Positions 24,471 to 37,273 of a stretch of 64,000 bases of DNA are shown piece after piece; the first letter of the stretch is position 1, and every line of letters begins with the position of its first letter. A program made the translations under genes and the position numbers. The notes beneath the pieces were generated by a model, which searched no databases, was not told where the DNA came from, and was given only the letters and a program-made list of their open reading frames with translations. Source of the stretch: Camelus dromedarius (taxonomy: Eukaryota); NCBI RefSeq assembly GCF_036321535.1, contig NC_087436.1, forward strand, positions 23,996,001-24,060,000. Direction: 5' to 3'.

Positions 24471-26250
24471 GTGTTCTAGTAGTTTTCTGATCACGTTTTT
24501 AGGGTTTTCTATGTAGAGTATCATATCATCTGTAAACAGTGATAGTTTTATTTCTTCATTTCCAATTTGGATTCCTTTTATTTCTTTTTCTTCTCTGATT
24601 AACAGCTAGGGCTTCCAAAATGATATTGACTAAAAATGGTGAGAGTGGGCATCCTTGTCTAGTTCTTGATCTTAGAGGAAGTGCTTTCAGCTTTTCTCCA
24701 TTCAGTATGATGTTAATTAGCTGTGTTTTTCATGTAAGGCCTTTATTATGTTGAGGTATGTTCTGTCTATGCCCACTTTTCTGGAGAGTTTTTTAAATCA
24801 TAGATGGGTGTTGAATTTTACCAAAAGGTTTTTCTGCATCTATTGAGATGATCATATGGTTTTTATTCTTCAACTTGTTAACATGTTGAATCACACTGAT
24901 TGATTTCTGGATTTTGAAAAATCCTGCATCCCTGGGATAAATGTCACTTGATCTTGGTTGTATGATCCTTTTAATAGATTGTTGGAGTTGATTTGCTAGT
25001 ATTTTGTTGAGAATTTTGCATCTATGTTCCTAAGTGATATTGGCCTGTAATTTTCTTTTTTGTGTGATATCTTTGTCTGATTTTGGTACCAGGATGATGG
25101 TGGCCTCATAGAATGAGTTTGGAAGTGTTCCTTCCCCTTCAATTTTTTGGAATAGTTTCAGAAGGATAGGTGCTAATTCTTGTCTAAATGTTTGGTAGAA
25201 TTCACCTGTGAAGCCATCTGGTGTTGGACTTTTGTTTGTTGGGAGTTTTTTAAATTACTGTTTGAATTCAGTACTGATACTTGGTCTACTCATATTTTCT
25301 ATTTCTTCCTAGTTGTCTTGGGAGATTGTGCCCTTCTAAGAATTTGTCCACTTCTTCTAGGTTGTCTGTCTTATTGGCATATAGCTGCTCGTGATAGACT
25401 CTTATGATCCTTTGTATTTCTGTGGTGTCAGTTGTGATTTCTCATTTGTCATTTCTAACTTTATTGATAATGAGTCTGGCTAAAGGTTATCTTTTCAAAG
25501 AACCAGCTTTTAGTTTCACTGATTTTTTGTTTGTTTCTATTGTTGTCTCTGTTTATTTCTTCTCTGATCTTTATGATTTCCTTCCTTCTACTAACTTTGG
25601 GTTTTGTTTGTTCTTCTTTCCTTAGTTGCTTTAGAGATCTTAGGTTGTTTGAGATTTTTCTTGTTTCCTGAGGTAAGCATGTATCTCTATAAACTTCTCT
25701 CTTAGAACTGCTTTTGCTGTGTCCCAGAGGCTTTGGATTGTGGTGTTTTCATTTTGATTTGTCTCTATGTTTTTATTTGTTCTTTCATTTCTTCAGTGAT
25801 CCACTGGTTGGTAGCATATTGTTTAGCTTCCACGTGTTTGAAATTTTTGCAGTTTTTTTTCTTGTAGTTGATTTCTAACCTTACAGCATTTGTGGTCAGA
25901 AAAGATGCTTGGTATGATTTCAATTTTCTTAAATTTACTGAGGCTAGCTTTGTGGGCCAGCATGTGGTTGATTCTGGAGAATGTTCCATGTGCACTTAAG
26001 AAGAATGTGTATTCTGTTGCTTTCAGATAGAATGCTCTATAGGTATCAGTTAAGTCCATCTGGTCTAATGTGTTATTTAGGGCCTGTGTTTCCTTATTGA
26101 TTTTCTGTCTAGATGATCTGTCCATCGATGTAAGTAGGATGTTAAGGTCCCCCACTATTATTTTGTTATTGTTGATTTCTGCTTTTATATCTGTTCAACA
26201 ACTGCTTTATATATTAAGGTGCTCCTATGATGGGTGCATGTGTATGTATG

Positions 26251-26286
<36 letters not shown>

Positions 26287-26897
26287 TGTTATATCCTCTT
26301 CTTGGATTGATTCCTTGAGCATTATGTAGTGTCCTTTGTCTCTGGTAAGAGTCTTTTAAAATCTATTTTGTGTGATATAAGTATTGCTGCTCCAGCTTTC
26401 TTTTGATTTCTATTTGCATGGAATACCCTTTTCCATCCCCTCACTGTTGGTCTGTATGTGTCTCTAGATCTGAAGTGAGTCTCTTGTGGGCAGCAAAACT
26501 ACAGGTCTTATTTTTGTATCCATTCAGCCAGTCTGTGTCTTTTTTCCGAGCATTTAGTCCATTTACATTTAAGGTAATTATTAATATGTTCTTATTGCCA
26601 TTTTGTTAATTGTCTTGGATTTGTTTTTGTAGATTTTTTTTTTTCTTTCATTTGTTCTCATGATTTGGTGACTATCTTAAGTATTATGTTTGGATTCCTT
26701 TTTCTTTTTTGTGTGTGTATATCAATTACAGATTTTTGGTTTGCAGTTACCATGAGGTTTTGGTATAGCAGTCATATATATATATGAAAATTTTATATAT
26801 ATATATAACTTAAAAGCTTTTGTGCAGCTAAGCAATCATATAAATATGAATATATGATTGCTTTAAGCTGCTGACCTCTTAATTTCAAATGCATTTT

Positions 26898-29800
26898 TTC
26901 ACTTTTCAAAAAAAGTTATTGATAAAACATATATAACATAAAATTTATCATTTTAGCCCCAAAGTTCTTGGAAACAAAGTTTATTCTAGGAAGAGCAACA
27001 CTTTGAGTGAGAAAACCATTTTAAAATATACACATGTGTACCGCTGTTTCTAAGAATAGTTTGGAGCTTTAGCTTTTTAAACTTATACAATTATCAAAGG
27101 AATAAAACCAACCACAAAATAAGAATCAACAGAATGCAGTAATCCATTCATGAGAGACAGTCAAATGTGCTTACACATATTCAAGAAGTCAATCATCTAA
27201 GTTGTAAATAATAGTTCATTTGTGTCCTTTTTTTTAAGGATTCCACATATAAGTGACATCATATGGCATTTTTCTTTCTCTTTCTGCCTTACTTCACTTA
27301 GATGGACCTGGAGATTGTCATTCTGTTGCTGCAAATGGCATTTTATTCTTTTTTATGGCTGAGTAGTATTCCATTGTATATATACACCACATATTCTTTA
27401 TCCAGTCATCTGTTGATGGACATTTGCATTGTTTCCATGTCTTGGCTATTGTAAAATAGTGCTGCTGTGAACATTGGGGTGCATGTGTCTTTTTTAATTG
27501 TTTTTTTTTCTCCTGGGTATATGCCCAGGAGTGGGATTGCTGGGTCATATGCTAAGACTATTTTTAGTTTTTTAAGAAACCTCCATACTGTCCTCCATAG
27601 TGGCTACACCAATTTACATTCCCACCAAGAGTGTAGGAGGGCTTCTTTTTCTCCACACTCTCTCCAGCATTTATCACTTGTAGACTTTTTAATGATGGTT
27701 ATTCTGGCTTGTGTGAGGTGGTATCTCAGCCATAGTTTTGATTTGCATTTCTCTAACAATTAGTAGTGTTGAGCATCTCTTCATGTGCTTGTTGGCCATC
27801 TGTCTGTCTTTAGAGAGATGTCTATTTAGGTCTTCTGCCCATTTTTTTTATTGGGTTGCTTTTTTTTTTTTTTTTTTTTTGATATTAAGGTGTATCAGCT
27901 ATTTGTCTATTTTGGAAATTAGTCCCTTGTCAGTTGCATCATTTGCAAATATTTTCTCCCATTCAGTAGGTTGTCTTTTCATTTTGTTGATGGTATCCTT
28001 AGCTGTTCAAAAGCTTTTAAGTTTAATTAGATCCCATTTGTTTATTTTTGCTTTTATTTCCATTATTGCAGAAGCTGGTTCAAAAAATATATGGCTGTGA
28101 CTTATGTCCAAGAGTGTTCTGCTTGTGTTTTCCTCTAGGAGTTTTATAGTATCTGGTCTTACATTTAAGTCTTTAATCCATTTTGAGTTTATTTTTTAAT
28201 ATGGTGTTAGAGAATATTTTGACTTCAGTCTTCTACAGGTAGCTGTCCAGGTTTCCCAGAACCACTTGTTGAAGAGACTGTCTTTTCTCAATTGTATATC
28301 CTTGCCTCCTTTGCTGTAAATTAATTGGCCATAAGTGTGTGGGTTTATTTCTGGAACTTTCTGTCGTGCTCCATCCATTGATCTATGTGTCTGTTTTTTG
28401 TGCCAGTACCATACTGTCTTGGTTACTGGAGCTTTGTAGTATTGTCTGAAATCAGGGAGAATGTTTCCCCTAGCTCCATTCTTTTTCAAGATTATTTTGG
28501 CTATTTGGAATCTTTTATGTTTCTGTACAAATTTTAACTTGTTTTGTTCCAGCTCTGTAAAAAAAAATGTTGTTGGTAATTTGATAGGGATTGCATTGAA
28601 TCTGTATATTGCCTTGGGTAGTATGGCCATTTTAACAATATTAATTCTTCCAACCAAAGAACATGATATATCTTTCCATTTGTTTATGTCATCTTTATTT
28701 CATGAGTGTCTTATAGTTTTGGGAGTGCAGGTCTTCTGCCTCCTTGGGTAGGTTTATTCTTAGTTTTTTTGTTCTTTTAGGTGTGATGATGAATGGTATT
28801 ATTTCCTTAATTTCTTTTTCTGTTATTTCATTGTTAGTGTATAGAAATGCAACTGATTTCTGTATATTGATTTTGTATCCTGCAACTTTACCAAATTCAT
28901 TGATGAGTTCTAGTAGTTTTCTGGTCAGTTCTTTAGGGTTTTCTAAGTAGAGTATCATGTCATCTGAAAATCGTGACAGTTTTACTTTTTCGTTTCCAGT
29001 TTGGATTCCTTTTATTTCTTTTTCTTCTCTGATTAACAGCTAGGACTTCCAAAACTGTGTTGACTAAAATAGTGAGAGTGGGCATCCTTGTCTAGTTCCT
29101 GATCTTAGAGGAAGTGCTTTCAGCTTTTCCCCATTGAGTATGATGTTAGCTGTTCCTTTGTCATGTATGGCCTTTATTAGGTTGAGGTTTGTTCCATCTG
29201 TGCTCACTTTCTGGAGAGTTTTTATAATATAGGGATGTGCTTATCAAAAGGTTTTTCTGCATCTATTGACATGATCATATGGTTTGTTACTCTTCAATTT
29301 GTTAATGTGGTGTATTACATTGATTGAGTTGTAGATATTGAAAAATCCTTGCATCTCTAGGATAAATCCCACTTGATCATGGTGTATGATCCTTTTTAAG
29401 GTATTGTTGAAGTCAGTTTGCTAGTATTTTGTTGATGGTTTTGCATCTGTATACATAAGTGATACTGGCCTGCAATTTTCTTCTTTTGTGATATCTTTGG
29501 GTTTGGTATCAGGGTGATGATAGTTCATAGAATGAGTTTGGAAGTGTTCCTTCCTCTTCAATTTTTTTTCAGGGGGAGGGGGAATAGTTTCAGAAGGATA
29601 GGGGCTAACTCTTCTCCAAATGTTTGGTAGAATTCACCTGTGAAGACATCTGGTCCTGGACTTTTGTTGGGAGTTTTAAAATTACTGATTCAATTTCAGT
29701 ACTGGTAATTGGTCTATTCATATTATCTATTTCTTCCTGGTTCAGTCTTGGCAAACTGTACCTTTCTAAGAAATTGCCCATTTCTTCTATGTTTTCCTTT

Positions 29801-31734
29801 TTGTTGTCATATAGTTGCTCATAGTAGCCTCTTATGATCCCTTGTATTTCTGTGGTATCAGTTGTAACTTCTTTTTCATTTTTTATTTTATTAATTTGGG
29901 CCCTTTCCTTTTTTCTTGATGACCCTGACTAAAGGTTTATCAACTTTGTTTATCTTTTCAAAGAACCAGCTGTTAGTTTCACTGATGTTTTCTATTTTTT
30001 CAGTCTTTATTTCATTTATTTCTCCTCTAATCTTTATGATTTCTTTTCTTCTACTAATTTTGGGTTTTGTTTGTATGTCTTTCTCTAGCTGCCATAGGTG
30101 TAAGATTAGGTTGTTTACTTGAGATTTTTCTTATTTCCTGAGGTAGCCTTGTATTGTTATAAACTTCGCTCTTAGAACTGCTTTTGCTGTGTCCCAGAAG
30201 TTTGGGGATCATTGTGTTTTCATTTTAATTTGTCTCAAAGTATTTTTTTAATTTCCTCTTTGATTTCTTCAGTGATCCATTGGTTGTTTAGTACATTTAC
30301 CCTCCACATGTTTCCAGTTTTTGCAGTTTTTTTTTTCTTGTGGTTGATTTCTAACCTTATAGCGTTGTCTCCCATGGAGGGCCACTTCTCCAAGGTTGAG
30401 AAATGTAAATAACCTATCTAAAAATACAAATAGAAAGGTAGACAATATGAGGCAATATGAGGCAGAGAAGTATCTTCCAGGCCAAGGAAGAACAAAATCC
30501 CAGAACTAAGTGATGAGGAGATAGGCAGTTTATCTGAGAAAGAGTTTAGAGGAATGATGGTGAAGAGTCAGAGAATTCAAGAGGAGTATAGATGCACAGA
30601 GCAAAGTTTTTAGCAGAGTTGGAAAATATAAAGAATACCCAGAGCTGAAGAATAAAGTTATTGAAATGAATACCACACTAGAAGGAACCAAGAATAGACA
30701 AAATGAGGCAGAAGAATGGATTGGTGAGTTTAAGACAGATTAGTGGAACTCTCCAGCAGTACCCTCCTCTCTTGTCACCCAAGGGCCAGTGTCTAGCCAG
30801 TCTCAGTGTAGAGTCTGGCCTGTATTTGTGGATTCCTTCCACAGGCTTTGGGATTGTTTTCTTATTTCTGACATCTGCCCCCTGATGGATGAGGCTTATG
30901 CAGGTTTCCTGGCAGGAGGTGGTGCCTTCCCACTACTGTGTGAAGATTGGTGCTGGACCTCTGGTGGGTAGGGGTAGGTCTAGAGACATTTGTGGTTCAG
31001 GAAGTCTGATGGAGGGGCTGTGTTCCCACCCAGTATGTTGTTGGCCTGAGGATTCCCAGCCCTTAAGCCTACTGGCTGCTGGGTGGGGCTAGGTCTTGAT
31101 GTTAATAATCCAATCAAAATGTCAGCCTCCAGGAAAGCTAAACACTCCTGGAATGTAGATAAATGCTCCTGGAATGTGCACTACCAGCTTTTATGTCCCC
31201 TGTATGAGCTGCAGCTGTCCCCTGCCTCCCCAGGAGAGCGTCCAAAGCCAGCAGGCAGGTCTGGCCCAGGTTCCTATGAAATCACTGCCTCTGCCTTCGG
31301 ACCTTTGCATGAGAGATTCTATGTGTACTTCCCAAGAGAATGAAGTCTCTTCCCCAGTCCCATGGGACTCCTGGAGTTAAGCCCCACTGGCCTCCAAAAC
31401 CAGATGTCCTGGGGTCTCCTCCTTCCAATGCCAGAACCCTGGGCTAGGGAGCCTGACATGGGGCTCAGAACTCACTCCTGTGGGAGGGCCTCTACAACTT
31501 AATTATTCTTCAGCTTTTAGGTGGCCCACCCAGGGGGTATGGGGCCCGATTATATCATGAGCACACCCCTCCTACCAGCCTGCTGTGGTTCCCTCTTTAT
31601 GTTGCCAGTTGAAGAAGATCTTTTTTGCTAGGTTCCTTTTTTTTGATGGTTGTTTATCACTCAGTTGTAGTTCTGTTGTAGTCGAGAAGACATGTGAGCT
31701 CATGGTCCTACTACTCTTGTCATCTTGACCGGAA
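26898..31734 (-). mobile_element. Element E: LINE-1 with internal inversion-deletion and non-L1 3' tail
   Basis: TSD AT(T/C)TCAAATGCATTTT at 26882-26897 and 31735-31750, followed by AA; ORF2 on - at ~27300-30368; ORF1 5' part on + at 30369-30751; 5' UTR on - at 30752-31734. Confidence 0.8.
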
Positions 31735-33815
31735 ATCTCAAATGCATTTTAAATACCTTGCATTTGTATTCTTCTCCCCTCACAATGACTGTTTTTGATA
31801 CCATATTTTAACACTTAATTGTTTTGTGTATCCTTAACTGCTTATTGTGGATACAGGTGATTTTTACTACTTTTGTCTCTTAACCTTCCTCCTAGTTTTG
31901 TGTGATTTCTTACCTTTATTGAATGTTTTGCCTTTACCAGTGAGATTTTCCATTTTGTTTCTAGTTGTGGCCTTTTCTTTTCCTCCTACAGAAGTTGTTC
32001 CTCCTAGATAAGTTCTTTTAGTATTTGTTGTAAAGCCTGTTCAGTGGTGCTGAATTCTTTGAGCTTCTGCTTGTCTGTAAAGCTTTTGATTTCTCCATCA
32101 AATTTGTATGAGCGCCTTGCTCGGTGGAGTATTCTTGGTTATAGGTTTTTCACTGTCATCACTTTAAATATATCATGCCCGTTCCTCCTGGCCTGCAGAG
32201 TTTCTGCTGAAAAATCAGCTAATAGTCTTATGGGAGTTCCCTTGTATGTTGTTACTTTTCCCTTATTGCTTCTAACATTCTCTTTAATTTTTGTCATTTT
32301 AATTATAACATGTCTAGGTGTGCTCCTCTTAGGATTAATCCTGTATGGGACTCTGGGCTTTATCCACATGTTGTTTAACCAAACTCTGTGTGTGTGTGTT
32401 TGTAGTTTACAGCTTTAAATAATTCCTATTTAAATGCAAAACAAATTGTTTAAAAATCCTCAAGTGTAATATTTGGAAAATAGTGGGGGTTTTCCCATTT
32501 CCAAAGAATGACTTTGCAGTAATTGTGCTTTAGAATGAAATTTGCATTCTCTCTTTATTGATACTGTCTTCAATGTATAAGACAATTAAAACGTTACAAT
32601 ATGAATCACCGTAACTGATCAGAATACCAAAAAGTAAAAAGACCATAGAATCATAGCATTTTAAAATATCAGCCCCTTTTTAGCTGAGAGAAAACTGAGG
32701 CAGAGAGCTACACCACACTGCGGTAGCACAGCCAGCAAAGGGTAGACCAGTCAAGCGCTGTCTGGGTCTGCAGTCTCCACTTCTTTTGCATAAGGTACAC
32801 CACCCAGAGGGCGTTATTTAGTAAGTTGGGGAACTGGGCTGGTATCCAGATCCCCCCATTCCCATACAGATAGAGTATTCTGGGATATTTAGCACTGTTG
32901 TTTGGGATGCCAGAGGTTGTCATGTCTGCTCCCTTACTATTCTGGAAATGCTAGTGTGTTAATGCCTTTCTTTTCTATTATCCATAGCCTCTGTAACCTG
33001 TCTTTGCACCCACACACACACACACACAGAAGTTCCAATAAAAAGCTTCCTGAAGATGCCCACACCAGATTAGAGTCTGTCGAACTTCAGAAAAATTACA
33101 GACAACTCCTTATATACACTCATTAATTCCATTTTCCTAAGGTCCCTGAAGCCTGTGAGGTGGACTCACTCATTCCCATTTTACAGGTGAAGGAAGGCCA
33201 TTTGCATTGTGCCAACCAGTGACTGCACATCAGGGTCCAACAGCTGCAGGCCCCCAGTGCCATGTGGCACGGGAACCCAGCCTAGACACTCTGGCTAAGA
33301 CCATCACCCACCTTCCACTGCCCAGGGGCCAGAGTCCCTGAGCACTCCTCTCTGGATGGTTCCTTGAAAATGACACGCCTTTTCCCCCTTTTCTTTACAA
33401 AGTGCATTTTCACAAATTCCTTTTGTGCTATTAGTTGATGACCCTTCTCTGGCTACTCCATGTGACCGCATGACTTCCCCCACGGGCAGCCATCTGTTGT
33501 TCTCCTGCAACCAATAAAGTGGATTCAGCTGCCTTATCAGCATCTGTCTGGAACAAGAGAGAAGCAGACTCGGAAACAAGTGATGGCGGCGATCCACAGG
33601 CAGCCCTGCACGTGGACAGTTCAGGCCGCTTTCTCCCCTGTAAGCAGTCATGACTTCAGCATCCACTTCCAAAACCAGGGCTCAGCACACTTCCGCTGGT
33701 GATATGGATACATCCCCTCAGAGCAAACTTAAGTTCTTAAATGAACAGGAAATGTAATCTCTAAAGGGTATGCTTGTACAAAGCCATTTCAAAAAAATAA
33801 CCCAGAAAGGAGCCT

Positions 33816-33821
33816 TTTATT
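33816..33821 (-). terminator. Candidate MGST2 polyadenylation signal
   Basis: AATAAA on the - strand ~80 nt after the stop codon. Confidence 0.5.
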
Positions 33822-33901
33822 CCTTTTCATTGAACAAGTGACACCATCTAACCTTCAGAATGGAACATCTGCAAGCATTTGAGTAAAGGGAGAGGGAAAT
33901 G

Positions 33902-34031
33902 TTACAAATGCCTCAGTTTCTTGGCAACGTTGAAGTCCAGGTATTCATCCAGAAAGCTGTTGGCAATCCCCACAGCGCCTAGGATGGTCAACAAGGCCAA
34001 AACCCCCAGACTCAACCGGAAACCAGTGATC
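33902..34031 (-). CDS. MGST2: Microsomal glutathione S-transferase 2, exon 5 (last coding exon)
   Basis: (R)ITGFRLSLGVLALLTILGAVGIANSFLDEYLDFNVAKKLRHL*; acceptor ccacAG at 34033-34032; 130 nt. Confidence 0.95.
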
Positions 34032-34497
34032 CTGTGGGTGGATATAAGAGATGAGAGAGAGGGGTGATAAATATAACCTGGGCTAAATTCATAGCTGGGG
34101 AGCCTGGTGCAGACCTCGCGTGTCTATAGACACTGCCCAGAATTTCCATGTTTTTTGCCATTTGAAAAATTTGGTTCATCACATAAATTAAAGGGGATGC
34201 CTAGCCCCAGAGGTCAGGTGGCTCCTTTGAACATACAAAGGACTAACAAGGTTAGGTGGGATTATTTCCCTTGGTGTACTTGCAGGAGACAATACAGAAT
34301 CTTTGAAGAATTTAAACTGTGGTGGGCAAAGAGTGCACTCAGTACAATTTCATACTTGCAATTTCCTATCTCACACCTAATTGTGCATGGCCTGAGGCAA
34401 CAGCGATCACTTTTGCCATCACAGCCATCAGTGATGCTAATTCTGACTCCATCCTGCTAGTTTTTGCCTAAACACCCAATTCTTGGGTTCTCCTTAC

Positions 34498-34579
34498 CTT
34501 TTTTTAGCATCTTCTGAATATCCCCAGAAATACTGGTAACGAGCATATATGTACACCAGACCCAAACAAGTCGCAAAAA
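34498..34579 (-). CDS. MGST2: MGST2 exon 4
   Basis: (V)FATCLGLVYIYARYQYFWGYSEDAKK(R); ttttcttAG / GTaagg; 82 nt; phases match both neighbours. Confidence 0.95.
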
Positions 34580-34619
34580 CTAAGAAAAAAAAAAATAGAG
34601 AAGATACAGAATGTTATGG

Positions 34620-35520
34620 CAGCCTCTCAAAACCTAGTGTGAAAACTGAGAAGATACTCACAAAATATGTATCTGACAAAAGACTTTTACGTAAAATATG
34701 TAGAGAACTCTGACAAGTCAATAATGAAAGGAAAACAACTTGGTTTTTTGATTAAATGGGCCAAAGCTTTGAATAGAAAATTCACATAGCAAGATAAACA
34801 ACTGTACCAATAAGCACATGAAAAACTTTCTACATCTTCCCACATCAGCAAACTGCGACTTAAAACGATGAGATGATACCACTTCCCACCCACCAGAATG
34901 GCTAAATTTTAAAAAAGACTAACAACATAAAATGTTGGTGATACTGGAAACCTCTAATGGTGGTAGGAATGCAAAATGGTACACAGCCAATTTAGGAAAA
35001 GGTCTGGTAGTTTCTTAGAAAACTAAACATACTTTTTGACCCAGCAATTTATTCTTGAGTATTTACCCAAGAGGACAAAAAAAGCACATGTCCAAAAAAC
35101 TCGCACAGAATGTTCACTGCAGCTTTATTCCTAATAGCTAAACACTGCAAACAGCCTGGAAATGTATCCACAAGAGAATGGCCCAACCGTGACCACCATA
35201 CAATGGAACACCACCGGCAATGAAAAGAGACAACTGAGGACAGCACCACGAATCTCAAAAACATCTGGCTGAGTGAATGAAGCACTGTACAAGGGGTACC
35301 TGCTGAATGGGCAAAAACTAAACTAAGATGAAAAGAAATTAGAGCACTGTTTGCCTCTGAAAGAGGCTGGGAAGGACCTGAGGGAAACTTTGAGTGGAGG
35401 TCATGTTCCATGTCTTGATAGGGATTTGAATGACACAGGTGTACATGTTGTCAAAACTCAGATGGTACACTTCAGATCTGTGCATTTTGCTAGATACAGA
35501 TTTTACCTAAAAGAAGTGTA
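34620..35520 (+). mobile_element. Ancient L1M 3' fragment in MGST2 intron 3
   Basis: Decayed ORF2 end and 3' UTR motifs (gataccacttc..acccaccagaatggctaa; gtcaaaactca..gtacactt). Confidence 0.7.
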
Positions 35521-36699
35521 AAATGTGGTGTGATGTTCTGCCACCCTGTCCAGTGAAAAATCTCAGGATCTTCCCTATGCTAGGGACCCCTTCTCTTTCT
35601 CAGCACTTCATGGATGCACACTGCCATCTTGTAAACACCTGAAGCCTGTCTGTGGGATTCCAATATGCTGGATAAAATTAAATTCATTGTTTTATTAGGT
35701 CAAACTTTTTTTTTGTTTCTACTATATACCAGATATTCCAAGGATTGGGGTTAGCAGTGAAAAGATACAAGCTCCCTGCCCTTAAGGGGTTATTAGCAAA
35801 GACAGGGGAAAATGAGAAGAAAAGTACAGACTTGAACGTGCTGGGAAAGGAATGAATGGGGATGGACAGTGGGAACTGGAGGAGGCCGCCTTTAGGAAGG
35901 GGTCAGCGAAGGCCCCTCCCAGGGGATGACGTTTGTGCCGGGCCCTAAAGGATGAGAACAGGGGGCCGAGCAAAGATGTGGAGGAGAAGGGTGGCAGGGC
36001 CCCTGAGGAAGCAGTTCTGAAACTTTGTCTGATCAGTTACTCCCACAAAGCCACTGAGAACCGTTCAAGGCAGAACCGAACGGGCAATCTGCTCTGGATG
36101 AGAAAGAATCAAAATTAGGACAAGATACCCAAGAAATCATTTCAGGATTTCCTGACAGGTGGCTGGTCTCATTCTGCCCATTACAGGTCAGATGGCAGAG
36201 GCTGAGTCCCATTATCAAAGGGCACTTTTCTGATTAGTTGTGAACGTGGTCTTACCTGACAAGGAACTACTGCCTTCATTTTTGCCCTTAATGGATAAAA
36301 ATGTGAGCTGGAATAAAGTTAAGTCATTCTTGGAAAGACATTGTATCTGAAATTCCTCAGTCAAAAGTAAAAATTACAAGAAGGAAGTGATAGGGTTGCC
36401 TTTGAAAGCAGCTGGATTTTGGTTGATTCAAATCTTAACAATCAAGTGTCAAACCCAAATGAGGCCATGAGAGTTATCAAAGTAAAGGATTAAATTTCTC
36501 CAAATAAGGCAGCTGGTGCTAGTCTGACCTCCTGTGAAAGGGACGAGTAGAGTCTGGGTGAAGCCCTCAGCCCCCAAGGATACCCCGTTCAAATAAAGTG
36601 GGTGTTCACAGAGTTGCTACATCCATCAGTCACACTATATTCTTTGGGTTTTAGGGGTCAAATACCTATAAACCCTACTCTGTACTTGAAAGCTAATTT

Positions 36700-36890
36700 T
36701 CTCCTACACTGGTAAAGTTGTACAAATTACTTAATCTCTCTGTACTTCAGTTTCCTCACCTGTAAAATAGGAATTAATTATAGAACCTACCTCATAGGAA
36801 GGTTTTTAATCCTATAAATCCAAACATGAGATAATATATGTATGACACTTAAATAGTACCTACAACATAATACTCAATAAATATTAGGTA
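36700..36890 (+). mobile_element. MIR fragment
   Basis: Core ttacttaatctctctgtacttcagtttcctcacctgtaaaatag. Confidence 0.65.
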
Positions 36891-37202
36891 AAATAATTAG
36901 GGTGAATTGTTAATTCTGTTCTTATAGATAAACTGGAATTTAGAGTATTAGACTGAAGACAAGCACATGTCATTTTCATTCTGGAGTCCCCAACATACAG
37001 TTTGTTCCAATTTTTTTAATCTAATCACTGAAATAAACTGGAATGAAGCCTGAGTTAGGTCATGTGCAGCTCACTGCTCTTTGTGCTTATGTTGTTTAAA
37101 GCAATTTCCAGGATCGGTAGATGTGTAGCTGCATACCTGCTGCTTAATACGGTAAGAACTGTAGTCGTCATTACAACAGAGTTGACTGTATTTTAAACTT
37201 AC

Positions 37203-37273
37203 CTTGGTTGAAATACAACCCAGCCATCCACAATGTAATCATGAATACTGGGTAAAACTCCACACAGTTTTGT
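37203..37273 (-). CDS. MGST2: MGST2 exon 3
   Basis: (Q)QNCVEFYPVFMITLWMAGLYFNQ(V); ttctgtAG / GTaagt; 71 nt. Confidence 0.95.

Larger units (their letters stand above)
12009..32360 (-). mobile_element. L1-C: older 5'-truncated LINE-1 that hosts the nest (own pieces ~12009-12600, 21615-22767, 24471-26897, 31735-32360)
   Basis: Collinear ORF2, inter-ORF and ORF1 C-terminal pieces that resume after the TSD-bounded inserts D and E (e.g. ORF track 25823..26155 EN, 32139..32369 ORF1). Assigning 12009-12600 to this element is inference. Confidence 0.75.

Noticed and set aside
11995..32365. TSD for host L1-C (gggcccatc / gggctttatc)
   Set aside because: Weak match, and the right-hand bases can be explained as L1 sequence.
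33879..34067. + strand 62-aa ORF
   Set aside because: Antisense shadow of MGST2 exon 5.
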